A DNA stretch of 64,000 nucleotides, from positions 1,439,696-1,503,695 of the forward strand of contig JAAOMT010000602.1 of NCBI GenBank assembly GCA_016748015.1, read 5' to 3'. The position numbers and the translations under genes are program-made. The notes under the pieces were generated by a model. That model worked only from the letters and a program-made list of their open reading frames with translations, did not search any database and had not been told where the DNA came from. Below, one piece after another: positions 52,901-64,000 of this stretch. Positions within the stretch are counted from its first letter, which is position 1. Each line of letters starts with the position of its first letter. This DNA comes from Geosiphon pyriformis uo1. Lineage: Eukaryota; Fungi; Glomeromycota.

Positions 52901-53169
52901 TTGTTGGGTGTACTTTTCAATGGTTTAATTGATTTCCCTGATGATTGGTGCAAAACTGTAGTTTCTTGGTAAGCTGAAATATTGAAACAATTCTGTATAG
53001 AAATTTTCTCTTGCAGATTCAATGTTAACTATTCTTCCTAAGCAGTCTGTAATTTTATTGTTGACATAAAAGTTAAAGGCTGATTCTGCTGGGAAATAGT
53101 TATTGTTTAATTCTAATTGTTGGCTGTACTGTTGAAACAAAGATTTGACAAATCTTAAATGGTTTGCTC
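43920..53169 (-). mobile_element. dUTPase-bearing Ty3/gypsy element lacking its 5' LTR; 3' LTR starts at 44112 and is truncated near 43920
   Basis: gag 53169-51300 with knuckle remnant CHNCDKQDYIRANC; protease LILDSRSTG (~50730); Cys-rich insert ~50065-49440; dUTPase ~49190-48780; RT with YLDD (~47750); RNase H; integrase HHCC/GIDLV/ELVERFNRTL at 46906-45550; ORF3 from 45483; PPT aaaaggaggaaataa then tgttac. Confidence 0.92.
44192..44909 (-). repeat. Solo LTR-B with 4-bp TSD (GTGT) inserted in ORF3; contains a 20-N gap (44492-44511)
   Basis: tgtta...taaca termini; gtgt at 44188-44191 and 44910-44913; reverse-complement similarity to 53170-53937. Confidence 0.85.
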
Positions 53170-54557
53170 TATTATAGTTCAAAAATTTAATAGGAATTAT
53201 AAATAATATAAATTAGCCAATCATGAAATAGCACAGCAACAATTTATAAAAAGAAATAATTTACAAATAACAGCAAGCACTATTGTGTAATAGCAGTAAG
53301 CACTATTTAGAAATAATGAAAATAGACCATTACAAAACATTATTTTGTAAAACAATAATTATATATATATACAATAGTTTTTAATGATGAAAAAAAAAAC
53401 AGTTTTAACTAGAAGCAACAAATATCTAAATATAATCTTATTCAAAAAAAAATTAATAAAAATAATAATTGAATGAACATCACAATTACAAGATTAACAA
53501 TAGAATTCACATATCTTTTCTAGTGAATGAAACTATCATTCCATCTTTAAACTCTTTAGAAAAAAATTACTGATCAAGATTATTCACATGGTTACTAATT
53601 AAATTGAAAAAGCTTATTATATACTTAGAGAAATCACAAAAAGGCCATTAACATTTTATGTTTTTAGATTAGAAAAACACATTAAACAATTGCAAAGATA
53701 GTCTCAGAAAAGACCTTAAACAGCAGGTAGATTTCAGATTAGTCTTTGAAAAAAAATACACAACATACAAAAACAACTAGAATTAAAAAGAAGACTTACA
53801 TCACAACATCAAAAGAAAACCTTCAATACATTATTATTAATATCTAACACATAAAATTGAAGAACTCATGAGAGATTGATTGTAATTAAAATGGGAGATT
53901 AACAATTAAAATATACCAAAAAAACACTTTCATAACATTTGGTGAACTTTACGAGAAAAGAAAATCAAAAAAAAAATAATAATTAACAATAATTTATTGC
54001 TAAAAAGAAAGAAACAAAAGTGGCGACAAAAGCTCTTAACCTCACTATTGTTGAATTCTGTTGTGTCCTTTATTTACAACATCAAAGTAATTTTGAATTA
54101 CTAGAAGGGTGTTGTCCAGCAGAATCTGCTCTCACTTATTATATCAATGCCAGAATAAATTACCACATAAGAAAAGAAGAAGAATCACATGATGCAAAAC
54201 TTGAATTGTATAAAAAATTATCACAATACACTACAAAGGAAGTAGCAGTAATAGCCATGACTATTGTCAAAATCCATCACAAAATTGAGCAATATGTCAA
54301 CAAAAATTTTCTAATATCCACAGGAAACATTAGGGAACGTGCCAACAAAGCCAAAAAAAATTTAGAAACTAATCAAAAAAGTAACCAGCAAAAATTAAGA
54401 ACACCCACCCAAATGCCTAAGAAAAATGTCATGCAATTAGTAAAGAAACAATGCCTTTATTTGTCAGAAGAAAAAACTTATCATTTTTTCCCAGATAATA
54501 AAATCCAACTCTTATTAGAAACTGCATCATCATTTACATCAACCCCACAAACACTGA
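53170..54557 (+). mobile_element. 5' LTR-B (53170-53937), PBS-like site and gag start of a further gypsy element, cut by the insertion at 54558
   Basis: The LTR ends cataaca, followed by tttggtgaac. ORF 54020 shares 'PAESA..Y.N..I' with the gag N-terminus at 52925-53169. Confidence 0.8.
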
Positions 54558-55531
54558 TGTTATCAGACAAAATTAGAGATATTGTTTAGCATGAAATTAC
54601 CCTTATAAATCTTATCATTAATTAGCATATATTATCATTTCAAATTATCACTTATTACATTAGCAAAATGTCCGAAATTATCATTTAATTAATAATCCAA
54701 TTTGTACATAACACAAATGTAACCTAAGTGCGATGATCAATCATGCAATACCCCGAAATATGTAACATTTAAAAGTTCACCAAAATTTGTAGAAATTTGC
54801 CAAAATAATTGATAGTTCACCAAAATATCTAATAGTTTGCAGAAATAACTTGTAGTTTGCCGAAATGTATTTTTAGTTCAGCAAAATTGTAGAAAAGAGC
54901 AAAGTTCAAGTTCATAGAATAGTGTTATGATAAGTTGTATAAAAGAAAAGCTTCTCTCTTCAAGAAAATATATCTTACTTTAGATTTATTACTTAGAACT
55001 ATTTCTACACACACAAAAAGAAATAAATATCAAATAATTCAAAAAACCAAATTTTTTAATTATTGCACTTGGAAAATTCCCAAAACCCAACTAATGTTTT
55101 GAAATTGATTAGCTACCAATTTCAGTAAAACTGTTAGTGACTCCAAGTCTGGATAGAAAATATTTCCCTTGACAGAATTCTATTTCTTTTATTTTCTTTC
55201 TTTTATTTTTTTATTATAATCATTAGAGTAGCCTACAGATGAGATTCCTGTAGAAGAGTTGACTTTTACAGCAAAGTAACTACACATTTTTAGTGAGCTT
55301 CCAGATGAGCAATTCCTGGGAAAAAGTTGACATTTACTACAACGTAACTATACGAAGCAACTGGTACAGAATTGGCCATTCTACTTATAAGCCCAGCAGT
55401 TCAAATTATAAGAGATAATTTGAAGATAAAAATTCAGTTATTGGAGGTTCAAACACTTCTTATAGTCATGAATTAATAGCATTACAACAAACATACAAGA
55501 GCTAAAATGAGACCAAAAACCTCCAGTAACA
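54558..55531 (+). repeat. LTR-C, 5' copy (974 bp)
   Basis: tgtta...taaca termini; tandem agttcgccgaaat-like repeats at 54770-54890; TATA-like tataaaag at ~54938. Confidence 0.93.
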
Positions 55532-55548
55532 TTTGGTGCTCTCTCACA
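55532..55548 (+). promoter_or_regulatory. Primer-binding site candidate (tt-TGGTGCTCTCTCAC)
   Basis: TGG lies 2 nt after the 5' LTR end and is complementary to a tRNA CCA end. The tRNA species was not identified. Confidence 0.7.
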
Positions 55549-55576
55549 GAAACAACACAGCAAAAACAACTTCAAA

Positions 55577-58500
55577 GTGACAACCACACCAGACACAACA
55601 ACTCTAGAGTATTACCAGTCAATTTACACCCACTGCAAGCAAAGATTCAACATTCCAGACAGAATTGAAGTTGTCAAGAAATCAGTATACCAATACATTG
55701 AAAACTGCATCAACAATTATTTTTTTGGAAATTACAATATCTCAGAAGTTAGAAGCAATCTTTACAATAATTTAGTACACTATTCACAGTTGGGAACTGA
55801 AGACCTTAACAGTGAAACACTTGCCACTTACTTTCAAGAACTTAATTTTAACATTATCAAGTACTGTGAAGAAACATATCCAGTGCAGTCTCAATATTCT
55901 ATTGATTTTGAATCAGAAACAGAAACAAACAACAAAGGCAAACAAAAATTGAAGCAATACTCAAAAACCATCCCAAATACTCTAATACTACCAAAAACAA
56001 CTGCCAAACACTTACAAACACTTGAACAAAGAACCAGTTCAAAACTTCCACTTACTATCACACCTTTTTTAGCTTCATTTGCACAAGCATAAACATCTAA
56101 TTCACTCTTAAATCAATTTGCAAGACTAGAAGATTTTACATCACCCAAAAGTCCCACCAGACAACAAGAACTTCTTTAAACTAGTTTCAATCTCCTTGAC
56201 TTTTTAGCTGAAAATCGAAGTGAACACTCTGAGACAGCAGCAAACAAAGAAAACAACTCTGAAATATCTGAAGAAGAATTAATAGACAGTGAAAATAAAG
56301 AAAACAAAATAACAGCATATATCACAAAAATCCCTGAATTTAATGGAGAAGACATTGAGACCAGTCCCCAAGAATGGCTTGACCAAGTTACTAAAGCTGG
56401 AGATGCAAATGGATGGAATGCTGCCAGAATGTTAAGAACAATTCTCTACTTTCTCAAAGGAACAGCAGGCAAATGGTTCGAAAACTTGACCACCCCTTTT
56501 AATGATTAGACAGCTTTCAAAACTGCCTTCTTAGAACAATTTACTAATAACAATACCTCAATCACACTTTGAAATTGTTTTCACAATATCAAACAAGAAC
56601 CTTCCGAATCTGTCATAACTTATATTAGGAAATTCAACAAACTTCTCAGATGAATTCACCAACTTGAAACTAATGATTATTATTCCAATACTCAAATTTT
56701 GGATCAATTTATTGCTAGTTTAAAGGATAAACTGATTAAAAAGATTTGCTCACATGCCCTAGAAGATTTAAACTCTGCCATTCAGCATGCAAAGAGATAT
56801 GAAATGGCCATAGAAGAAGCCAATTGTACAAAACTCGTAAACTTAGCCATTGGAGAAACCAGCTTAGCAGCTGAAAAAAAAATTGACCAACTCACAAAGA
56901 AAGTTGAAAACTATTTCACCAACCAACAACAACAGCAACCCCAAAAATATCAACCACCCCAAAGATGGAATCAAAACAATTTTGTATCATTCTCTAATAA
57001 CCAGCTTCAGAATTGTCATTACTGTAGAATCCCTGGCCACTGGAAAAGAGATTGCAGAAAGCTACAACAAAACCAACAAAACAGGAGTAATCAACATTAC
57101 CTTTCACCACAACAATCTTATTACCAACCACCACTACCACTAGCTTACTATCCATTAAGACCACAATATCAAACCGACTACTATCAATCTGCTCTACAGC
57201 CAATGCAACAACAGTATCGACAACCCATTTAATATTACCAAGTACCTGCTCAAAGATTGGTTTAACAAAACCAATTTGCACTACAAAACCAATTTGCAAC
57301 AAACAACAACAGAATCAACTCAAATAACCAATTAGTTCCCTGAAATCCAGTTCAGCCAAGACTCATCCATTATTATACTCAATCTAGCTATCTTACAATA
57401 CCTGAAGAACAGGATTTTCACTATACTGCATTTTCGGAAGGTAGAGCTGCAGCACGACAACAAAACCCTTTCTATACTCCTACCATAATCTCACCAGCCA
57501 GAATTGCTGAAAATGCCAACCTTTCAGATATATTTTCTTTTGAGTTCGAAGCAAATGAGTCATCATTTCTGCTTAGCAATGCAGCTGCCAATGAACAAAA
57601 AGCAATTACTGCTATGTACACTGAAGCAGAAGTTGAAGGAAAGGCAATTCACTTGATCCTAGACAGTGAATTCACCGGAAGCATCATCACCTACCAGTTA
57701 ATGCAACAGTTAAAAAGAAATGTCGACCGACCAGCTCAAACAGTAATTATTACTGCTGATGGCATAAAAAAGACTCCAGTAAAAGAAATTGACAATTTTC
57801 TATTCACTCTTGATAGAATTACCATTCCAGTCAAAGTTCTTGTAATGGACGTGCCCCAGTATCAAGTCTTTGTTGGGAATGATTGGCTCCAAAAAGCCAA
57901 TGCAAAATTAGACTGAAAAACCCAAGAATTACAACTCTTCTATTAAGGACAACATGCCTGAGTACCCGCTACTTGTAGTATATTCAACAAACAATCAGAA
58001 AAAGCCCCTGTCTTCGAATTTGAAGAAGAGGAAGAAAAGCCTGTAATCAAAACATTTATGGCACTTGAATTAACATCTAACTGGGCTGAAGAAACTGAAC
58101 AAACGTATTTTGCAACAAACTTATATTCAGAGGAACCAGAAATCTCTAGATAGAACATCCCATATTCTAAATCAGAACCAAAGAAACGACACTCTTACAT
58201 TCTGCTTAAATGCAAGGACTGCCACAAGAAACTCTCCTCAATGAGAGCCTGCATTTTACCTGAAGAAGAATATGAAAATCATACTTGTTATTATTACAAG
58301 GCTTGCCACAGAGAATGATAGGGCTATCTAATAAAAAGAAGTGAAAAATAGGACAACACTCTTTGTTTGATTTGTGGAGATATGCTAACAGAAGAATGCA
58401 ATTGGATTGATGTAGCAATGAAAGAAAGAGTCTGTGATCAAACCTGCCAATATGCTTTATCAATTTCAGAAAAAGTCAAAAGAAAAACACCTTTTGATGC

Positions 58501-61200
58501 AACATACAACAATGCTCTCAACAAACTTTATCACTACCCCTATGATGCTAAGATGATTTTTGATCTAGCAATGACATTAGTTAATGGAGCTACCAAAGAA
58601 GATATTCATTAAATAAAAGAAGCAGAATACATTGAATACACTATGGAATTAGCTGGATTTAATTATGAAGATGAAGTAGAAGTGTACCATCAAATCGCAA
58701 GTCACACCTACCCAACTAAAGAAGCTCAAGCTCAATGGCTAGAACAAATGAACATTAAATTATGTAAGAAATGCATAATGCCTTGTAATGAACAATAATG
58801 TTCTGAATGCTATGCTCTTAGCATTCCCTTGTCCAACAAAAGTGATGAATACAAAATTGAATTTGGAAAACCTGAAGCAACAGAAGAAATTGAAACAACA
58901 CTCATCTATCTTATCAAAAATCAGCCTGTCTTACAACTCAAATACTTCAACAACAATGGACAAGGAATAAAACCCGAAAAAGCACATGAAATTAATATTG
59001 AATATGACCTAAAATATCCAGACAAGGATACTTTTATTCTCAAACCCAAATCTCTCACAAAAATCAACCTCAAAATTGCTCTCGAAATCCCGCCAGGAGC
59101 AATGGTTCAAATTGCCTCTTGGTCCTCTCTGGCAAGCAAAAAAATCAATGTCAGAGGAGGAATAATTGATGCTGGATATACTGGTAACATAACAGTAATA
59201 CTTCAAAATAAAACTGACAAGCCATTTAAGATTGAACATGCTGAGAAAATTGTCCAAGCCATTTATTTACTCTTAATCAACATTTCGGGTTTACAATTAG
59301 TCAATCAAAGAGAACTATTGGGAAAAAATGAAAAAGAAACCCAAGGTTTTAGTTCAACTGGACAATTTACAGTTTCAGTAAACATAGCCCTCAACGAACA
59401 AAAAGAATCTCACCAGATTTTATGACTTCCACAACCAATTATTATTTTACCCTTTAGAGAACATCCTGAAATTTACACTTGTAAAAAGCCAACAACCACA
59501 CAACAAATTTTTGAGTCCAATGAACAAATCTGCTTGGAACATAATATCTCAGTCCCAAACATTTATATTCCAGAAGGAACAAAGAAAATCCAAGTTACTT
59601 TTTACAATCCCAACAATTTCCCCATAGTTTTATTAAATAACTTAGAAATTGGAGTTATTTACAATAATATCTTTCAACAAGAACTACTCTAAATAGTTCC
59701 CAATTTCTCTGAAATTATTGGACATTTACTACCAAAAATCAACCCAAACCCCAGCTTTGAAAACTACCATGTTGTCATAGAAAAACTATTTTGAATCAAC
59801 ATAGAACAACTTGAACCACAACAACAGAGCCAGCTCAAAAAACTAATTGCAGAATTTGCCGATATCTTTGCCAAAAACAACAATGACTTAGGAAGAACTG
59901 ATTTGGTCCAACACCAAATCTATACAGAAGATGCCAAACCAAGGCAACAGCAAGCCTACCAAGTTGCTTTAGAAAGCCACCAATTTATCCATGAAAAAGT
60001 ACAATGGATGCTCAACAATGGGCTTATTCAACTATCAATGAGTCTATGGGCCTTACTTGTGATCTTAGTTAAAAAAAAAATAGAAAAATATGATTTTGTG
60101 TTGATTATCAACAACTCAATAGTGTCACCATTGGAGATGCCTATTCCCTTCTCCGCATTAATGATATGTTGGATGCTCTTGGAAAGGCCAAATACTTTTT
60201 AACACTAGATCTAGAAAGCAGATACTGACAAGTTGCCATGGACCCCAAAGATTGTCCCAAAACAGCCTTCACAATCCAAGAAAAAAACTACAAATTCAAT
60301 GTAATGTCTTTTGGATTATGCAATGCACCAGCAACATTTTAGAGATTAATAGATATTGTGTACAAAGGACTCCTTTGGAAGTCAGTAGTCATTTATCTTG
60401 ACAATACTGATGTTTATTCTCCATCGTTTGAATTACACTTAAAACACCTACAAGAAGTTTTTTAATAATTACAAAAAGCAGGACTGAAACTCAACATTGA
60501 AAAATGCTACTTTGAAAAAACAAGCTTGGCCTTTCTCGGTCACATCATTAGTAAAGATGGAATCAAACTGGACTTAGAAAAATCAGCGCTGTTAAAAACT
60601 TCAAAACTTCTCAAAACACTACAGAACTAAGAGAATTCATAGGGTTAGCCTCCTACTATCGGAAGTTTATCAAAAGATTCTCAGAAATCGCAAAATTTTT
60701 CAACCAGCTTACCACAAAAAACATCAAATATAAATAGACTGTTGAACACCAAAATGCATTTGAAATCCTCAAAGAAAAACTAATGACAGCTTCAATTCTC
60801 GTCTATTCAGATTTTAGTAACTGATTCCAGTTAGCAACAGATGTTTCTTATACTGTCTTTGGTGCCATCCTATCATAGTTAAATGACAATGAAAATAAGC
60901 AAGTAATTGCTTATGCTAGCAGAACATTGAAACCAGACAAAAAGAACTATCCTGCAACAGAATTAGAAACTGCAGCAGTAATCTGAGCTCTACATCATTT
61001 CAACCTTTATCTTAGACCCAAAGAATTCGATATTATTACTGATAATATTGGACTCAAATGGTTTCAGAACAAAAACACTCAGCTGAATGCAAAACAAACC
61101 CGATGGACAGGATTTTTAGCCAACTACTGATATATTGTACACCACAAACCAGGAAAACTCCATACCAATGTTGATTGTTTCTCAAGAATGAGGCAAGATT
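55577..61200 (+). pseudogene. gag-pol polyprotein: Gag (CCHC knuckle), aspartic protease, Cys-rich insert, dUTPase, RT, RNase H
   Basis: Sub-ORFs 55577, 56699, 57614, 58367, 58829 and 59903 share one frame. Motifs CHYCRIPGHWKRDC, LILDSEFTGS, GGIIDAGYTGNI, YLDN (from YLDD), VIAYASRTL..NYPATELE, HTNVDCFSR. Frameshifts occur later in RT. Confidence 0.9.
58960..59370 (+). pseudogene. Trimeric-type dUTPase domain within pol
   Basis: All five motifs are recognisable in order: (AG)YDL as IEYDL, RSS as WSSL, GIIDAGYTG, KIVQ, QGFSSTG. Confidence 0.9.
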
Positions 61201-61248
61201 AGAATACAAAACCAACACCTATTTGAATTAACAACAAAACAACAAACA

Positions 61249-62583
61249 ATGAACCCCGAAAACTACAACAATCTTAAACAATATTTGGAGACATTAACAA
61301 TCCCAACAGATTGGTCCTCAGATAAAAAACATTAGTTACAACAACAAGCCAAACAATACTTCTTACACAACAACATGATTTATTATCGAAACTTCAGAAA
61401 CCCAGACAATCCACTCAGATTAATACAAGAACATGAAAAAAAAACTATTTTATATAACATGTACTCAGACCCTTCATCAGCACACCTAAGAAAAGACAGT
61501 ACCATCCAGAGAACACTAGAATATTACTTTTGGCCTCAAATAAGAAAAGACATTCATGAATACGTTAAGTCTTGTGATAGTTGTCAAAGAAAAAGAGAAA
61601 CTCGCCTTACAGAACCTTTAAACCCAATCAAAGTTGAACAGCCTTTTGACTAAGTTGGTATTGATTTAGTCGGACTACTATCTATCACAAACCAAGAAAA
61701 CCATTATATTGCAGTAGCTGTAGACTATCTCACCAAATGGCCTGAAGCCAGAGCCATTTAATGAGCAGATGCGAAATCAGTAGCAAACTTCATCTATGAA
61801 GACATCATTTGTAGACATAAATGCCCAATAGAACTTTTATCTGATCAAGGAACACATTTTGTGAACAATTTAATCCAGAAAATTTGTGGATGATTTAATG
61901 TCAAGAGACCATTATTTTTGCCCTATCATCCACAAACAAATAGACTTGTAGAATGTTTCAACAGAACATTGTGTAAATCATTAGCCAAAGTCTCAACTGA
62001 TTTTGAGCAAGAATAAGATCTCTTTATTCTATCAATGTTACTAGCATATAGAACACTAAAACAAGATACCACAAAACACACACTATTTAATTTAACCTAC
62101 GGAAGGACAGCAATATTACCAATTAGTTTCACAATGGAAACATATCCAGTACAACCAATTAATAAAGACAACTTTCAGGAAACACTACAATGAAGAGCCT
62201 ATACTCTGCTTAACACATTGGAAGGAAAATGATGAATAGCAGCCACCCATATTAAACACTCCCAAGCTTAACAAAAAGAATGGCATGACAACAAATTGTC
62301 TCCAGTTACCAATGAATTTAAAATTGGAAACAAAGTTCTTTTACACAAAACTAAAGCTGAAAAACAATGGAGTAGAAAATTTGAAAATAAATGGAATGGA
62401 CTATTTTTTATCCATGAAGTCCTAGGCAACGGATCATACAAGCTAAGACTTGATGACAAAATCCTAGCAAAAGTTGCACATGGAGATTATTTGAAACACT
62501 ATAATTCCAGACACAATCCTGAACCATTAATTCCACAAATTGGTACACATTTTCCTTTAATCAATCCTGAAAATATTCCCTAA
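61249..62583 (+). pseudogene. DDE integrase as a separately framed ORF
   Basis: Starts MNPENYNNLKQYL; SAHL..YFWPQ..YVKSCDSCQ, GIDLVG, AVDYLTKWPEA, SDQGTHF, YHPQTN.LVE.FNRTL; SH3-like C-terminus W.GLF.IHEVLGNGSYKL. One frame with internal stops. Confidence 0.9.
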
Positions 62584-62756
62584 AATTTAGAACCAATAGT
62601 TGTTATTGAACAATCTCCCAACTTGAACACTTAACTTAAATTTATTATTATAATTATTTCCTTATAATTTAGAAACAATCTCACAAAAACAAAGCAAAAA
62701 TAACATAAAAACCCATACACCAAAAATAATTTTCTTTTATTTTCAAATTTCTTATA

Positions 62757-63444
62757 ATGACTATTCCTCAAAACATTCAACAATTATTCCAAAAACTAAT
62801 GTTAGCTTTAAAAACAATACCCGAATTATCTATTACTGTTACTGGAAGCCACATTAATTATACTCAAACAGAAGTAGTTACAAATTTAGCCCCAAATTCA
62901 CAAAAATATCACTCATATAAGAAGAACACAAGAAGTTATTCTGGAATTCACCTGCCAGAACTTTTAAAGCTTGCTTTAAGAGAAAACTTAATGCTCATTC
63001 CTATTAGTATTCCACCAAATGCTACTATTCAACAAAAACTTCAACTGTGTCTTAATAAAGAAAACTACGATTATACTCCAATATATAGATATTTCTACAT
63101 TGGAAAAACACTTCATAAATGAAAACAGGAGCTTACAGCAGCAAATCTCACAAAAGAAGCTATTCGGAAACAACTCCATAATGAATTCAAGACAACAGCT
63201 GGACCTACAAACAGTCATTATAAACTAAGAGCTGCTCTTAGACTTTATGACCTATTCCACATCTGTGAAAACGTCCTACAAAACCCAATTTTACAGTCTT
63301 TGAAGATTTAATACATTGGAAAGCTTACAGAACTGAAATTTCAACAATTTTCAGACCAAATTTCTTCAATAATTTTGGATTATTATCTGAAAATTACAGA
63401 CAGTACTTGGACTTCAATGGAGCTTAGTTTTAAGAAGGAGGTTA
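62757..63444 (+). pseudogene. ORF3, ~230-codon accessory ORF of unknown function between integrase and PPT
   Basis: ATG at 62757; the frame continues through two stops (63120, ~63309) to the PPT; homologous N-terminus at 45483(-), 11332(+) and ~2199(+). Confidence 0.7.
63432..63444 (+). promoter_or_regulatory. Polypurine tract
   Basis: aagaaggagg-tta directly before the 3' LTR start tgttac. Confidence 0.85.
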
Positions 63445-64000
63445 TGTTACCAGACAAAATTAGAAATATTGTTTAGCATGAAATTACCCTTATAAATCTT
63501 ATTATTAATTAGCATATATTATCATTTCAAATTATCACTTATTACATTAGCAAAATGTCCGAAATTATCATTTAATTAATAACCCAATTTGTACATAACA
63601 CAAATGTAATCTAAGTGTGATGATCAATCATGTAATACCCTGAAATATGTAACATTCAAAAGTTTGCCAAAATTTGTAGAAATTTGCCGAAATAATTGAT
63701 AGTTCACCAAAATATCTAATAGTTCGTAGAAATAACTTGTAGTTCACCAAAATGTATCTTTAGTTCAGCAAAATTGTAGAAAAGAGCAAAGTTCAAGTTC
63801 ATAGAATAGTGTTATAATAAGTTGTATAAAAGAAGAGCTTCTCTCTTTGAGAAAATGTATCTTACTTTAGATTTATTACTTAGAACTATTTCTACACACA
63901 CAAAAAAAAATAAATATTAAATAATTCAAAAAACCAAATTCTTTAATTATTGCACTTAGAAATCCCCAAAACCCAACTAATGTTTTGAAATTGATTAGCT
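63445..64000 (+). repeat. LTR-C, 3' copy (partial, window end)
   Basis: Direct repeat of 54558 to ~55114. Confidence 0.95.

Larger units (their letters stand above)
54558..64000 (+). mobile_element. Near full-length dUTPase-bearing Ty3/gypsy LTR retrotransposon (3' LTR runs off the window)
   Basis: 5' LTR 54558-55531, PBS-like site, gag-pro-dUTPase-RT-RH, integrase, ORF3, PPT, and a 3' LTR from 63445 that is ~95% identical to the 5' LTR by eye. Confidence 0.95.

Noticed and set aside
54770-54890. CRISPR-like short repeat arrays (also 12050-12180)
   Set aside because: The repeats are short, degenerate and inside LTRs, there are no cas genes, and the context is eukaryotic.
62757-63444. Envelope gene
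   Set aside because: Short, with no visible signal peptide, fusion peptide or TM anchor.

Overview
Eukaryotic, very AT-rich nuclear DNA made almost entirely of nested retroelements at different stages of C>T/G>A decay. The kinase style and repeat families suggest a Glomeromycotina fungus (reminiscent of Geosiphon; recalled, not checked). There is one host gene, a two-exon TKL-like protein kinase on the minus strand that runs into an N gap. The rest falls into three groups. (i) An RNase H-bearing LINE family: one nearly intact copy at 15926-22823 plus several decayed or truncated copies. (ii) Two tandem ORF1-only (HAL1-like) elements at 22977-27754 that end in the same structured ~125-nt 3' tail as the LINE. 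(iii) Complex Ty3/gypsy-like LTR elements with the layout gag-protease-Cys-rich insert-dUTPase-RT-RNase H, then a separately framed integrase ORF, then a non-env ORF3, plus solo LTRs with 4-bp TSDs. The best candidates for undescribed biology are the LINE/ORF1-only partner system with its shared 3' RNA structure and the accessory-gene-rich gypsy lineage. All alignments were done by eye, so boundaries of decayed elements are approximate.
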